From Octopus sinensis (Eukaryota), in NCBI RefSeq assembly GCF_006345805.1, contig NC_043008.1:57350001-57414000 (forward strand): a DNA stretch of 64,000 nucleotides, in the 5' to 3' direction. Below, piece after piece: positions 50,219 to 63,140 of this stretch (positions within the stretch are counted from its first letter, which is position 1; each line of letters begins with the position of its first letter). A program made the position numbers and the translations under genes. The notes beneath the pieces are model-generated. The model did not search any database and had not been told where the DNA came from. It was given only the letters and a program-made list of their open reading frames with translations.

Positions 50219-50907
50219 AAAAGTAGTGGTGCTGGTGCCACATAAAAAGCATACAGTACCCTCTGTGGAGTGGTTGGTGTTAGGAATGGCATCCAACTGT
50301 AGAAACCATGCCAGAACAGACACTGGGGCTTGGTGCACACACACCCCCACCAACCTTACCAGCTCTGGTCAAACTGTCCAACCCATGCCGGCATGGAACA
50401 TGGATGTTAAATGATGATATATGATGGGCTTCTTTCGATTTCCATCTACCAAATCCACTCTCAGTGCTTTGGTCTGCCTGGGGCTATAGTAGAAGATATT
50501 TGCCCAAGGTGCCATGCAGTGGAACTGAACATGAAACCATGCGATTGGGAAGCAGACTTCTTAACCAGACAGTCATGCTTGCATCTGTTGCTATGTGTGT
50601 GCCATAAAGTCAAAAAGGGGAACACACATATGCAATAAAGTCAAAGAACCTTCTTAGTTCCAAGGTCCCAGTTTCAATCCCACTGCATCGTATCTTGGAC
50701 AGGTGTGGAATTAGATAGACAGGTGTTATCTACCTAACTGTGCCTGTAACCTGTAATTCAAATGACTGGCTTTATTGTATCACATCATGCTGATTCTGCC
50801 TGGGTAAAAACACACTTGTGGATTACACATTCTCTTGAACACTGATTCAATGAGCTTGGTAGTTCAGTTGATCAAACAGCTGTAAATATGTATATGTTAT
50901 AGTCATA

Positions 50908-51375
50908 GGCATGGCTGTATGGTAAGAAGCTATCTTCCAAACCACATGGTTCGGAGTTCAGTCCTACTGCTTGATACCTTGGGCAAATGTTTTCTACTAT
51001 AGCCGCAAGCTGACCAAAGCCTTGTAAGTGGATTTGGTAGACAGGAACTGAAAGAAGCCCATCGTATATGTGTGTGTGTGTGAGGCAAGTGAGAATCGAA
51101 ATCGATCAACTGCCGGTGGCACGAAAGAGAACCATCCGAATGTGGCCGTTGCCAGCGCCGCCCCAACTAGCCTTGTGCTGGTGGCACGTAAAAAGCACCA
51201 TCCGATCGTGGCCGTTTGCCAGCCTCATCTGGCACGTAAAAAGCACCCACTACACTCACATTGCCAGATCAGACTGGGCTTGGTGCAGCCTTCTGGCTTC
51301 CCAGACCCCAGTTGAACCATCCAACCCATGCTAGCATGGAAAGCGGACGCTAAACGATGATGATGATGGTGATGA
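50908..51375 (+). mobile_element. SINE family A 5' half fused to tandem-unit region and RTE-type tail
   Basis: A head 50908-51075; ggcacgtaaaaagcacc units; tail ...gacgctaaacgatgatgatg. Confidence 0.78.
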
Positions 51376-52383
51376 TATATATATATGTATATATGTTTAA
51401 ATATACATATGTATAAACAGACCTTCAGAGTGTTGAATGTGTTGGTGTTTACAGACAAGAAAGTAAATTTTAAACACACCAGATCAGCAGAGTAAGATTG
51501 GGTATTTATCCTCATAGGACGAAAAAAAGTTGCCAGCAGGCAGCTACAGGAATCAAACCCTGTACTCCTCAGATGTCGACTGAGTATTTACCATTAAGCT
51601 AAATGGCCCCTGACAACAATTAACATCATTGTCATGATGTCCACTTTTCCATGCTCTCATAGGTTAGGCAAAATTTGCTGAAGCAGATTTTCTATGGCCA
51701 GATGCCCTTCCTGAGACCAACCCTCACTTATTTCTCCCATGGCCAAACATGTTTCCATTAAAGATTAGAAATGGTAAGCACTGTTTGTATGATAGTGACA
51801 CTTCCTACAACTATCACATGATCTCAGGGCAAGAAGACATTAACACACACACGATAGACTTTGTTCATTTCCATTTACTAAATCCACTTTGGTAGGCTTA
51901 GGCTATAGCAGACACTTGCTCAAGTTGTCACACAGCGGGACTAAACTATGTGATGATAAGCAAACTTCTTACTATAAACACACAAACATACACACATGCA
52001 CTCATTTAATTATTTATCTATATATTTCTTTTTTCCTTAAATGACTCCCTTCCTGTGCATTATTCTATGTACCGTTCATATGCTTTTGGTTACTTTTTCT
52101 GTTGAGTTGTAGTGCACCTGAACACTGTATACAGTAAGTTCATTATCATACATATATACACACAACAAATTAGACTGTTAGAAAAGAAAAATTCCTAACA
52201 TCAGGCTACAGGAAGTAACCTTAGATGCCAAGAACCCTCCTAAGTATCCTATCTGTCGCAATTAACACTGTTTTCCGGAGCTGTACTAAGCTGGGTTTTA
52301 TGCCTATTTCCTCTATCCACCTATTCAAATCTTTAGGGATATCATAATGCACCTATAACTTTATCATTATTATTATTATTATT

Positions 52384-52596
52384 CTCTTTTACTCTTTTAC
52401 TTGTTTCAGTCATTTGACTGCGGCCATGCTGGAGCACTGCCTTTAATCGAGCAACTTGACCCCGGGACTTATTCTTTTGTAAGCCCAGTACTTACTCTAT
52501 CGGTCTCCTTTGCCGAACTGCTAAGTAATGGGGACATAAACACACCAGCATCGGTTGTCAGGCAATGCTAGGAGGACAAATACAGACACACAAACA

Positions 52597-52637
<41 letters not shown>

Positions 52638-52808
52638 CATACATACGACGGGCTTCTTTCAGTTTCCGCTACCAAATCCACTCACAAGGCTTTGGTCGGC
52701 CCGAGGCTATAGTAGAAGACACTTGCCCAAGGTGCCACGCAGTGGGACTGAACCCAGAACTATGTGGTTGGTAAACAAGCTACTTACCACACAGCCACTC
52801 CTGCGCCT
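52384..52808 (-). mobile_element. SINE family A, full length
   Basis: Complete reverse-complement copy. Confidence 0.93.
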
Positions 52809-52857
52809 ATTATTATTATTATTATTATTGTTATTGTTGTTGTTGTCGTCATCAAGG

Positions 52858-53062
52858 CAGCAAGCTTGCAGAATCATTAGCATGCTGAACGAAATGCATA
52901 GCAGCATTTCGTCCATCTTAAAGACATTCTGAGTTCAAATTCTGCCAAGGTCAACTTTGCCTTTCATCCCTTCAGGATTAAGTACTAGTGACACACTGGG
53001 GTTGATGTGTTCGACTACTCCCTGTCCCCCAAATTTCAGGCTTTGTGCCTTTAGTAGGAAGG
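52858..53062 (+). mobile_element. SINE family B-related copy
   Basis: gcttgcagaatcattagc...ttctgagttcaaattctgccaaggtcaactttgcctttcatcc. Confidence 0.75.
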
Positions 53063-53067
53063 ATTAA

Positions 53068-53436
53068 TACCTCCGCCTTAGCAAAGGCAGAGGTATTGTT
53101 TACAGTCACATTTGTTTGTTTGTTCATGGACAAGATATGTCAAAAACTGCTGGATGGATTCGGATGAAACTTTCAGGGATGTTTGGCCTCACGACTGGCA
53201 TGAACTGATTAGATTTTGGGATTGATCCAGTACTGGACAAGGATTCTGGCTTATTTTTCCGTTTTGTTTTTTTACTTAATTTTTGAGAGCGGTGAGGTTC
53301 ATTTTTAGTATTCCCGTTTGTGAGAGCAGTCAAGTTTATTTCAGACATTCTCATTTTAAAAATCATCTCTGGCTAATCGTTGAGAGGACATTGATGTCGC
53401 CTTGGTGGAGGTTTGCATTCTCTGAGTGCCCTTGTT
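53068..53436 (-). mobile_element. Helentron-associated (HINE-like) element
   Basis: Terminal hairpin acctccgcc-ttagcaaa-ggcagaggt (53069-53094) and subterminal inverted ggtggaggt near 53404-53412. Confidence 0.6.
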
Positions 53437-54439
53437 ATTATTATTGTAATACGGGCTTTCACACAGATTTTATCTACCAAATTCTCTCATAGGACATTGG
53501 TCATCCTGGGGCTATAGTAGAAGACACTTGCTCAAGGAGTCATGCAGTAAGACTTTACCTGAAACCACATGGTTGCAAAGTGAACTTGTTAACCACACAA
53601 CCATACCTGCATCCATAGTAAAAGATACTTAATCAAAATGCCACACATTTGGATTGAATCAGAAACCTTGTGATTATGAAGCTAGCTTCTTAACCATTTA
53701 GCTATGCTGTGACCATTAAAAACACAGCACTGTACTGATGTTGAGCTATGAGTCACAGTCTCTGCACCAAGAATACAAATAATAGTATCTCAACCGTACA
53801 ATTCATCTATAGATATAAATATATTCAAACTAAATTATGACACAGAAGATTGTACATACACACACACACACACATGTTAATGTAGGGTAGCGAATTTCTT
53901 CACTACTTCAGGGAGTGACAACCCTGCCTGACACAAGTCCCGAGCTCAGCTGGCTCCGGCTGACTACCCGGTATGGGCCCCTATCCAGGGTTACAGAAAG
54001 GAGACAACCTTCAAAGAAATCCAGAGTGGAGCCCCGTAGGCAGTTTAGTGTTCAACTTGACATCCTTCTGGCAGCTCCTGCAACCAAGCTGGTGCCAGAT
54101 GTAATGCTCTGCACTCCTTTGGACTACATCAGCAAGGTCGAGAGAGGAATCCTGGCGATTGGGCTACCCAGGATTTTCTTACATCTAGCCCAGGCCTGCG
54201 CAAAACTGGAGAGGACATGAAATGTAAAAACCAGACTGGATTAGTTTATGCACAACTCCATTGTCTCCCGAGACAAAAGGATGCCAACAACAAGAAGATG
54301 TTGTTTTATATACATATAGGCACGTACATCCACTTATGCACTGCCAGACATACATGCACTCATATGCAAGCAGATACCTGCATTTACTTTCACACATATG
54401 CATACTGACTAGCATAAGTGCCTTACTGGCACTTATGCC

Positions 54440-54810
54440 TGTGCTAGTAGGGTGCAAGAGCACCATCCGAGCGTGATCGTTGCCAGAGCAGCCAACTGGC
54501 TTCCGTACCCGTGGCATGTAAAAGGGCACCATTCGAGCGTGATCGTTACCAACGTCTCTTCACTGACACGTGTAAAAAGATTCGAGCGAGGTCGTTGCCA
54601 GTACTGCCTGACTGGTCCTCATGCCGGTGGCACGTAAAAAGCACCCACTACACTCTCAGAGTGGTTGGCGTTAGGAAGGGCATCCAGCTGTAGAAACTCT
54701 GCCAGATCAAGATTGGAGCCTGGTGCAGCCATCTGACTCGCCAGCCCTCAGTCAAAATCGTCCAACCCATGCTAGCATGGAAAGCAGACGTTAAATGATG
54801 ATGATGATAT
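54440..54810 (+). mobile_element. RTE-tailed element with tandem ~60-bp units
   Basis: Repeated gcacca(t)tcgagcgtgatcgttgcca units followed by the common (GAT)n tail module. Confidence 0.8.
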
Positions 54811-55239
54811 TCACATATACCTTATACTAGCACTATCTGCTATGTGTATATGCATACCCATACACATACAAACACACTAACACAAACATGCATGTTCATA
54901 CTGATACACACACACACACATAATATATGCAATTAGTCATAGACACATATACATTGGCACACACACATATTCACACACGCTGTTTGAAACAAGCCAATTG
55001 ATTTATTCTATTGATTAGTTTCTCCTCTTGTAGCACTTTTGCGTTATTTCTGTTGAATGAGAAAACAACTGCATTAAATTTTGTGTGTGTGTGAGTAGTC
55101 TGATGGAAGCTGCAGGCTGTCTGGGAGACTCTGAGACCAGGAAGATTAGCACTGTTTATGTGTTTATTGTCCACTCAAGCATTTGCAAGTTCTGTGGTTG
55201 TCGAGGGGAAAAAATACTCACAGTGAGAGTTTCTGCTCT

Positions 55240-55250
55240 CATTCTCTCTC

Positions 55251-55284
<34 letters not shown>

Positions 55285-55403
55285 CTCTCTCTCTTCTCTC
55301 TCTCTCTCTTCCCCCTCTCTCTCTCTCTCTCTCCCTCTCTCTCTTCTCTCTCTCTCTCTTCCCCCTCTCTCTCTCTCTCTCTCTCACTCTCTCTCTCTCT
55401 CTC

Positions 55404-55440
<37 letters not shown>
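55240..55440. repeat. (CT)n polypyrimidine tract, ~200 bp
   Basis: Read directly. Confidence 0.95.
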
Positions 55441-55443
<3 letters not shown>

Positions 55444-55644
55444 TAGGTAACCATGTACCTCCTCTACAGCAAGACATATGTTTCTGTCTCTCTATCATAG
55501 TAACCTTTCATCATCTGGTTTAAGATCAATCCCCTCCACTGCCTCCTCTCTGTAACTTACTGGTTTGACAAAAAGTTACAGTTAGGTAAACAAACCAATG
55601 CCAGTTATCAAATGGCATTTGGGGACAAACACAAAGACATACAC

Positions 55645-55728
<84 letters not shown>

Positions 55729-55914
55729 CTATAGGCTTCTTTTAGTTTCCACCTGCCTAAATCCACTCACAAGACTTTGGTCAGAAATCCTCAGTAACGG
55801 TTTGATAGCATTTGTTATAATGTTGAGGGTTTTAATTGCATGCTGACAGGAGGCAGTCAAGAGATAAAAGTTGCTGGAACCCTGTAGACAGGTGATTTTG
55901 CAGGGAGATTTATT

Positions 55915-56308
55915 CTTTTATTCCTTTAGCTGTTTCAGTCATTTGACTGCAGCCATGCTGGAGCACCACCTTGAGGGGTTTTAGTCGAACAAATCGACCC
56001 CAGGATTTTCTTTTTTAAAAGCCTAGCACTTATTCTGTCAATCTCTTTTACTAAATTACAGGGACATAAACACACCAACACCAGTTGTCTAGTGGTGGGT
56101 GGGGGACAGACACAGGCACAAAACCACATGTAGCTATAGACATATGACATGCTTCTTTCAGTTTCCATCTACCAAACCCCCTCACAAGGCTTTGGTCAGC
56201 CCAGGGCTATAGTAGAAGACACTTGCCCTGGGTGCCACGCAGTGGGACTGAACCCGAAACCATATGGTTGGGAAGCAGGCTCCTTACCACACAGCTACAC
56301 CTGTGCCT
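55915..56308 (-). mobile_element. SINE family A
   Basis: Reverse-complement copy just upstream of the RGP1 start exon. Confidence 0.88.
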
Positions 56309-56542
56309 AGATGTGAAAGAAATTTGTTGTGTATGTGTGTGTTCTGCATCTTACATGCACACCTTTACAAACGCATCTACCTACAGGTGCCTATTTTCTC
56401 ATCTCCATGTCACCACCAAACTGAAACATAGCTAAAATATTGAAAACATACAGCATTGTGTAAGTTGTGTTGAATCATATTGAACTGTTCTCTTCTGCTT
56501 CAGGGTGTGTTGCTGTTGTTGGTTGCTGTTGAAGGAAGCAAG

Positions 56543-56652
56543 ATGATTGATGTGGTGGCCACCCTCCCTCGTGGGCCAGTCTACCTTGCAGGGGAGACGA
56601 TCCATTGTATCATCACTTTCTCGAATTCAGCTCTTCCTGAATATGAATCTCA
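56543..56652 (+). CDS. RGP1: RGP1 (RAB6A-GEF complex partner 2) coding exon 1
   Basis: MIDVVATLPRGPVYLAGETIHCIITFSNS matches the RGP1 N-terminus I recall (human MIEVVAELSRGPVFLAGE). Acceptor tctgcttcag| before 56504, donor gtaagt at 56653, phase 2. Confidence 0.93.
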
Positions 56653-56887
56653 GTAAGTATATTTGTTTGTCTCAGGTGGAGGTGTGTGTTGAGTTGTTAG
56701 TGCCCATGCTTGGGACTTAGTCGATCAGTCTCTTTTGCCAAACTGCTAAGTTAACTGGGATGTTCACAAACTAGCACTGATTGTCATGCAGTGATGGGAG
56801 AAAAACATAAACACACATGTACATGGATGATGGGATTCCACTCAGTTTCTGCCTACCAAATTCTCTCAAATGGCCTGGTGTTATAGT

Positions 56888-57034
56888 AAAGAACAGCTAG
56901 GTTCCAAAACCACAAAACTAGGGATAAAATCCTGAAAGGAACAAAATGAAAAGTAAACATTTTTACCATATTTCATTTTGTTCCTTTCGGGATTTTATCC
57001 CTAATTTTGTGGTTTTGGAACTTAGCTGTTCTTT
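56888..57034. repeat. ~145-bp foldback MITE in RGP1 intron
   Basis: gaacagctaggttccaaaaccacaaaactagggataaaatcc mirrored by ggattttatccctaattttgtggttttggaacttagctgttc. Confidence 0.85.
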
Positions 57035-57936
57035 CTAGCATGATGAATCCCATGAGTGGATTCCTATTATGTGTTTAAATATACACTGTATTTTATGAGT
57101 AATATATAGTCTTTGGACTAAATTTTTACACGCTAGGCCACTGGAAGTGAAAATTTCTATTAATTTTCATTTCCCTTCGATATGATTCGTCGTTTAAAAA
57201 ACGTCCGTTCTCCATGCTAGCATGGGTTGGACTATGATTATATATATATATATATATATATCCATATATATCCATATATATCCATCCCTCTCTCTCTTTC
57301 GGAGAGGCACTGAGCAGCTATACACACACGGCAGTAACTTCCACCTACCGAATTCAATCACAAAGCTTTGGTCGGCTCGGAGCTATAGCGGAAGACACCT
57401 ACCCAAAGTGCCACACAGTGGGACTGAACCCGAAACCATGTAGTTGGGAAGCAAGCTCCCTAACCACACAGCCATGCCCGCGCCGAGAGAGAGAAAGAGA
57501 AAGAACTTGAGTCTATAGTGGGGCTATAGTAGAAGACACTTGCTCAAAGTGCCATGCAGTGGGACTGAACCTGAAACTGTGTGATTGCAAAGCAAGCCTC
57601 TTAACCATACAGTAGCACCTGCGTCTATCATAGGACAAAGTACCTTGTGGTATTTGTACTAGGTCTTTTGTATTCTAAGTAGGCCTGTGACAACATTGAT
57701 GTCTAGCTGAATAGGCCCTTCCTTGCCTTTTCCTCGGACAACATCAACAACAGAGATGGGAGATTTGCTACATCAGCAACTGCTAATCTTCCATTAAAAA
57801 AAATCTTTGACCAGTTTTGTATCATGCAGAAGAACATCTCTGGTGAAGAAAATGGTTGATCCTGTGTAACAGAGACTATAACAGAACTAACTGTACCCTC
57901 CACTACCTACTGAACCTATGTTGGAAATCATTTTAA

Positions 57937-58480
57937 CTCTTTCACATTCAAACCAACCACCATCCAGCCAAAATATTCTTTCTGTTTTAAGTTTAAATTG
58001 GACAGATCCTACATTTTACACCTACTCTACAATGTCATAGTAAAAATAAACAATCACCTTGGGCAAGTGTCTTCTACTATAGCCTCGGGCTGACCAAAGC
58101 CTTGTGAGTGGATTTGATAGACGGAAACTGAAAGAAGCCCATCGTGTATGTGTGTTTGTATATGTTTGTGTGTCTGTGTTTGTCCCCCTAACATCGCTTG
58201 ACAACCGATGCTGGTGTGTTTACGTCCCCGTCACTTAGCGGTTCAGCAAGTGAGACTGATAGACTAAGTCTAGGCTTACAAAGAATAAGTCCTGGGGTCG
58301 ATTTGCTCGACTAAAGGCAGTGCTCCAGCATGGTCGTAGTCAGATGACTGAAACAAAAAAAAGAATAAAAGAAAAATTACATCATTGAAATCTCAAAGCT
58401 ATGAGATAAAGTATAATTAATTCAAGACAATGTAAATAAAGAAGCATTAGATTTGACCAAGTAACCTGAGTACTAAAGGG
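57937..58480. mobile_element. piggyBac-type MITE split by a SINE A (58056-58365, +)
   Basis: TTAA|ctctttc ... ctaaaggg|TTAA; internal sequence homologous to 30528-30748. Confidence 0.78.
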
Positions 58481-58998
58481 TTAACATACACTTTTCTATA
58501 CTTGCATGAGTCGGATTGCGTTCTGCATAATTGTATGAATTCCCATGGCTAGGACACATCATCATCATCATTTAACGTCCGTTCTCCATGCTAGCATGGG
58601 TTGGACGGTTCGACCGGGGATCTGGGAAGCCAGAAGGCTGCACCAGGCTCCAGTCTGATCTGGCAGTGTTTCTACAGCTGGATTCACTTCCTAACGCCAA
58701 CCACTCCGAGAATGTAGTGGGTGCTTTTTACATGCCACCAGCAAATTCACAAAAAATTTCTGAAAATTCCAAAAATTAAAGAAGCTACGAAGGGTTATAT
58801 GGGAGGCTTAAACCAGAATTCTGCCAAACTTTTTTCTTCCATTAATATGTACTGCTGAAATTGGAGTGCATCTTTTATGCCCATAGTGCATTTCTTAAGT
58901 CATCAAATATGGTAAGTTGAGAACAAATGAGATGTTTTAATAAAAGCCTTCTTTGATTTCTGTGTTTATTTTTTAATTTTATCCTATTTATCTTCTAG

Positions 58999-59153
58999 TG
59001 GTGAGCAGTATGATGTTCTTGCTTGGGCCAGTGTCCAGATACATTGTCAAAGAACGGTGAGTGAGACACGTATTGTTTTACCATCTTCCACTAATTTATC
59101 CACTGAAGAAGTATCAACAACAGGCTGTGAGACATCGTTTGTTCCAAACAAAG
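58999..59153 (+). CDS. RGP1: RGP1 coding exon 2
   Basis: HGEQYDVLAWASVQIHCQRTVSETRIVLP...SFVPNKG (LAWASxQIHCQ motif); ag|...|gtaagt; phase 2 to 1. Confidence 0.95.
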
Positions 59154-60080
59154 GTAAGTCCTAGTTTTCCTTGAATATCATTTAAACATCATCATCATTT
59201 AGCATCCATTCTCCATGCTGGCATGGGTCGGACAGTTTAACCAGAGCTGTAAGCCAGAGAGCTGCACCAGGCTTGGTTTCTATGGCTGGATGCCTTTTAT
59301 GTGTCACCAGCACAGGTGCCTCTTATGTTTTACTGGCACAGTATATATATATATAAAATGATCAATATCATTTAATGTCCACTTACCATGCTGGTATGGG
59401 TTGGACGCTTTGACAGGAACTGGCAAATCAGAAAACTACATCAAGCCCGTTTGACTTTTTTTGGTATGGTTTCTACAGCTGGATGCCCTTCCTAACACCA
59501 GTGTATAAGCATGTGTGTGGGGATGTGATGATATTATATACACAACAGTCTTTCACACAGTTCCTATCCATCAAAATCATTCACAAAGTATTGGTTGGCC
59601 CAGGGCTATAGTAGAAAGCACTTCCTCTAGGTGTTATGCAGTGGGACTGATTCCAAAACCACATGGTTGTAAAACAAATTTACAAGAATTGTGTAATGAC
59701 CAGTATTTATGCCCTTGGCATTTGGAAGAGCATCTAGCTGTACAAACCATGCCAAAACTGACATCACCTGTACTGGTGCCCTGTAAAAAATACATTCAGT
59801 CCACTATGCTGGGTAGTTGGTTGGTGTTAGGAAGGGCATCCAGCCATAAAAACCATGCCAAAACAGATACAGAAGTCTGGTGCAGGCTTCTGCTGGCCAG
59901 TTCCTTTTAAACCATCCAACCCTTGGCAGCATAGAAGGAAGATGTTAAACAATGATGATGACACACACACACACATAAATATGTGTGTGTTTGTATATTT
60001 ATCTGTAGGTTTCAATAACAGTTAATGTAACTAGATCATAAATATTTTCATTAATATTTATAATTTTGATAATTTTCCAG

Positions 60081-60164
60081 GAGAAAAAGGTTGTACAGTT
60101 CTTTCAACAAAACCAAAAATACTTTTCTGTGACCTCAAACTGGCACCTGGAGAGTCAAAACAAT
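60081..60164 (+). CDS. RGP1: RGP1 coding exon 3
   Basis: [28 protein letters not shown] (PKILFCDL motif); ttccag|...|gtaagt; phase 1 to 1. Confidence 0.95.
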
Positions 60165-62112
60165 GTAAGTATAGAACTGCCTTTCCCACTCACATACACA
60201 CACTTTGTTTCTGTATAAAGATGTTTTGGTTTGGATATTTCACTGAAATATTAATGTTATTATGGACAAAGTTGTTGTAATAAAATTTTCTTTGATATTC
60301 ATTGACTTCCACAGATATTACTAGCAAACATTAATTACACTATTAACTTCATCTTGAGAGATGAAGTGTTTTTACTATTTACATCATCAACACTGATACA
60401 GTTGTGGCTACATGGTTAAGCAGCTTGCTTCCTCACCACATAGATTCAGGTTCAATCTTACCTTGGGGAAATGACTTTTGTTACAAGCTCCAGGCTGAAC
60501 AAAACTTCTTAGTGGGTTTAGTATATGAAAACTGAAAGGCAATTTTTGTATGTGTCCCTAAAACCAAAAATAAAAAACATGAAACTTCGATAAAACTTTC
60601 ATCACTTTTGCCTTTGTCGCACACCAACTCAAGTGACCGAAGTTGAACCACAAATCTCCTGTCAGTTTCGACGTATGAGGATCTGACAACCTTCACTGTC
60701 TTTGTCAGTCATAAAGCTTATGTTGAATGTGACAATTGAGTCCCGCCAACAATTTGCAAAGAAGCCTGCAGGTGTTACAAGTATAATTAAGGATTACGGG
60801 TCAGTGCAGGTGATATATCTGCAGCCACTTTTCTCCTTTGCCTTGCACCCCCAAGTATGTTAATGCTGGTTGGAGCAGAGTCTCTTATTATACTGTTTTG
60901 ACATGATGATCTTCATTTTGTTACACTCACAATCACTAAATCGTGGATTTGATTCCCAGGCCAGGCAACACATTGCGTTCTAAGCAAAACACTTCATTTC
61001 ATGTTGCTACAGTTCCCTTTTCAATCAAGGGGAGAATGTTGGCTTGCATGCCAATACTAACCTTAACCTGTTTCCAAGTAAGGTAATATCTCCCCATGAC
61101 CAGACATGTTTTCATGGAAGATTTGGAGTTATGGAAGAAAATAGGGTAACTGCTCTACCTGACCAGGTCAATCATCTTCCCCGGCGGCAACCTTGTGTAG
61201 AGCTCATTTGATAGAGTTGGGCTATTCTTTGTTGAATATCCTAGGTCATATAATTCCATGATTATAAGGTATATATAATATGTATCGATGATGAATTTCT
61301 GATGACTGTAGAGTGCACCACCAGGGATAGCATCTATAAGGCACAAGATGCAGGCAACATATTGCAATATACTTTGCAGTGTATGGGAGCATATAACCTG
61401 TCTAAGAATCCATAAATCAGAAAAAATATTCACTTGTATATTTGTCAATACATTAGGCATGTTAATTGAAGTGTACAGTACTGTATATCCATTATGGCTG
61501 ATTTTACCAATCGGTTTTGTACAAGGGGTTCAACAGGATGTTAGCTAACAGTCCAATTATGTAACCTTGTGCTCCTCAGAGTTGGCAGTTATGGAAAAAA
61601 AAATATGCTGATCACTTCCACATACTGCAGAGTGTATTGCAATAAGTCACTTGCATCTTGGACTGGATCTATCATATTTAGTGCAAAAAGTGTTAGTTTC
61701 ATTTTGGATTAAGATGTCAGATTGCTTCAGGTAATATTCTGGAAAGATCTCAGCATGGCCAAAGCCATTAATGACTACAAGACCATTAATAACATCTTAG
61801 AGTGAAGTGTAATGTCTAGAAAGCTCCATGAAATATGAACCCAAGACCAGTGGTTTAGCAATCCAAAACTTCTATTTCAATTATTCTGTACTATTTGAAT
61901 GTGCAGTCTACCTGGCCATTAACACTTTAGCATGCAATCTAACCGTAATCCTAACGCCTAACCCTAAATCATGACATAAACCCTATCCCAGATCAGGTCA
62001 TTTTACTGCATAGACTACAGATACTGTAGTAGATCACATGCTACAGTAGCACCAATCACTCTATCATGTATCTCTCCTGTGTCAATATTATTCCTTTATA
62101 TTTATTTTACAG

Positions 62113-62262
62113 ATGAATACAAAGACATCGTGCCAGCTGATTCACCTCCTTCCTATCGAGGTCAAGCTATTAAATACTCTTACAAGATCACCATTGGTAC
62201 ACAGAGACTCAACCAACCAACAAAATTACTTCGCATTCCTATCCGTGTTATGGTGCTATTTG
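62113..62262 (+). CDS. RGP1: RGP1 coding exon 4
   Basis: YEYKDIVPADSPPSYRGQAIKYSYKITIGTQRLNQPTKLLRIPIRVMVLFG; ttacag|...|gtaggt; phase 1 to 1. Confidence 0.95.
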
Positions 62263-62480
62263 GTAGGTATACTCCCTTTTTGTTTTTCTGTTATTGCTAC
62301 ATTGTCAAGTATTGGTCAGTTATGATGAGGAAACTTATTGCTGGAGTGCTAATAAATTCTTTAAGAGTTTAGTGAAGACTGACCTTCACAGGCTCTTCAG
62401 AGTTGTTGGGATTGAACTGGTGGATGTCCAGCTTAAATATCTGTAGGTCGAGATTTGTAGGAAAAATATATATATATATA

Positions 62481-62785
62481 TCGTGATCAGGTGACCGACC
62501 AGGCTATCAGATGTTGCTACACATCGCTGGTCACAATGCGCTTCGCATTGTTTTAGCCTTCAAATGACGCCACCCTGCTGGCTAAGCGAGCAGACCTACA
62601 GAAGAAAGAGTGAGTGAAAGTTGTGGCGAAAGAGTACAGCAGGGATCACCACCACCCCTTGCCGGAGCCTCATGGAGCTTTAGGTGTTTTCGCTCAATAA
62701 ACACTCACAACGCCCGGTCTGGGAATCGAAACTGTGATCCTACAACCACGAGTCTGCTGCCCTAGCCACTGGGCCATTGGACCTC

Positions 62786-62787
<2 letters not shown>
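62481..62787 (-). mobile_element. SINE family C
   Basis: Minus head aatggcccagtggctagggcagcagactcgtgg...tttcgattcccagaccgggcg. Confidence 0.85.
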
Positions 62788-62838
<51 letters not shown>

Positions 62839-62996
62839 TAAATTATACATATACACACACATACTCACACACTTATATGTAGGAGTCTATTCTTGAAATA
62901 TATATATTGTATTTGTTTACCATAATATGATGTTGAATGTAGGAAAGTAGTATTATTTGCAAATATATATATATATGTATGTATCTTCTGTTTTAG

Positions 62997-63140
62997 GGTT
63001 AAATGATACAAGTGTTTATAATGAAAACGAAGTAGACGTAGCTCCAACAAACCCATTCTTGAAGCATTCCAGGAAGGAGAATTCTATTTTAGATATGGCA
63101 TTACAAGTTCTATCCACAGTCACCACCAGGAAAACTGCTC
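62997..63140 (+). CDS. RGP1: RGP1 coding exon 5; gene continues beyond the window
   Basis: GLNDTSVYNENEVDVAPTNPFLKHSRKENSILDMALQVLSTVTTRKTA (APxxPFL motif); ttttag|...|gtatgt; phase 1 to 1; no stop. Confidence 0.92.

Noticed and set aside
21837-55498. Long ORF-track ORFs rich in YI/CV/HT/SL (e.g. 21837-22345, 26334-26721, 32188-33050, 34251-34806, 55085-55498)
   Set aside because: They are translations of dinucleotide and tetranucleotide microsatellites.
1306-58204. Recurring ORFs such as MPKVPRSGTEP..., MSSDVGGTNTDTQT..., YDRLLSVSVYQIHSQG
   Set aside because: These are reading frames through SINE family A copies, not a gene family.
62375-62402. Minus-strand CTGAAGA-gcctgtgaaggt hammerhead-like start
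   Set aside because: GAAA and stem III are missing.
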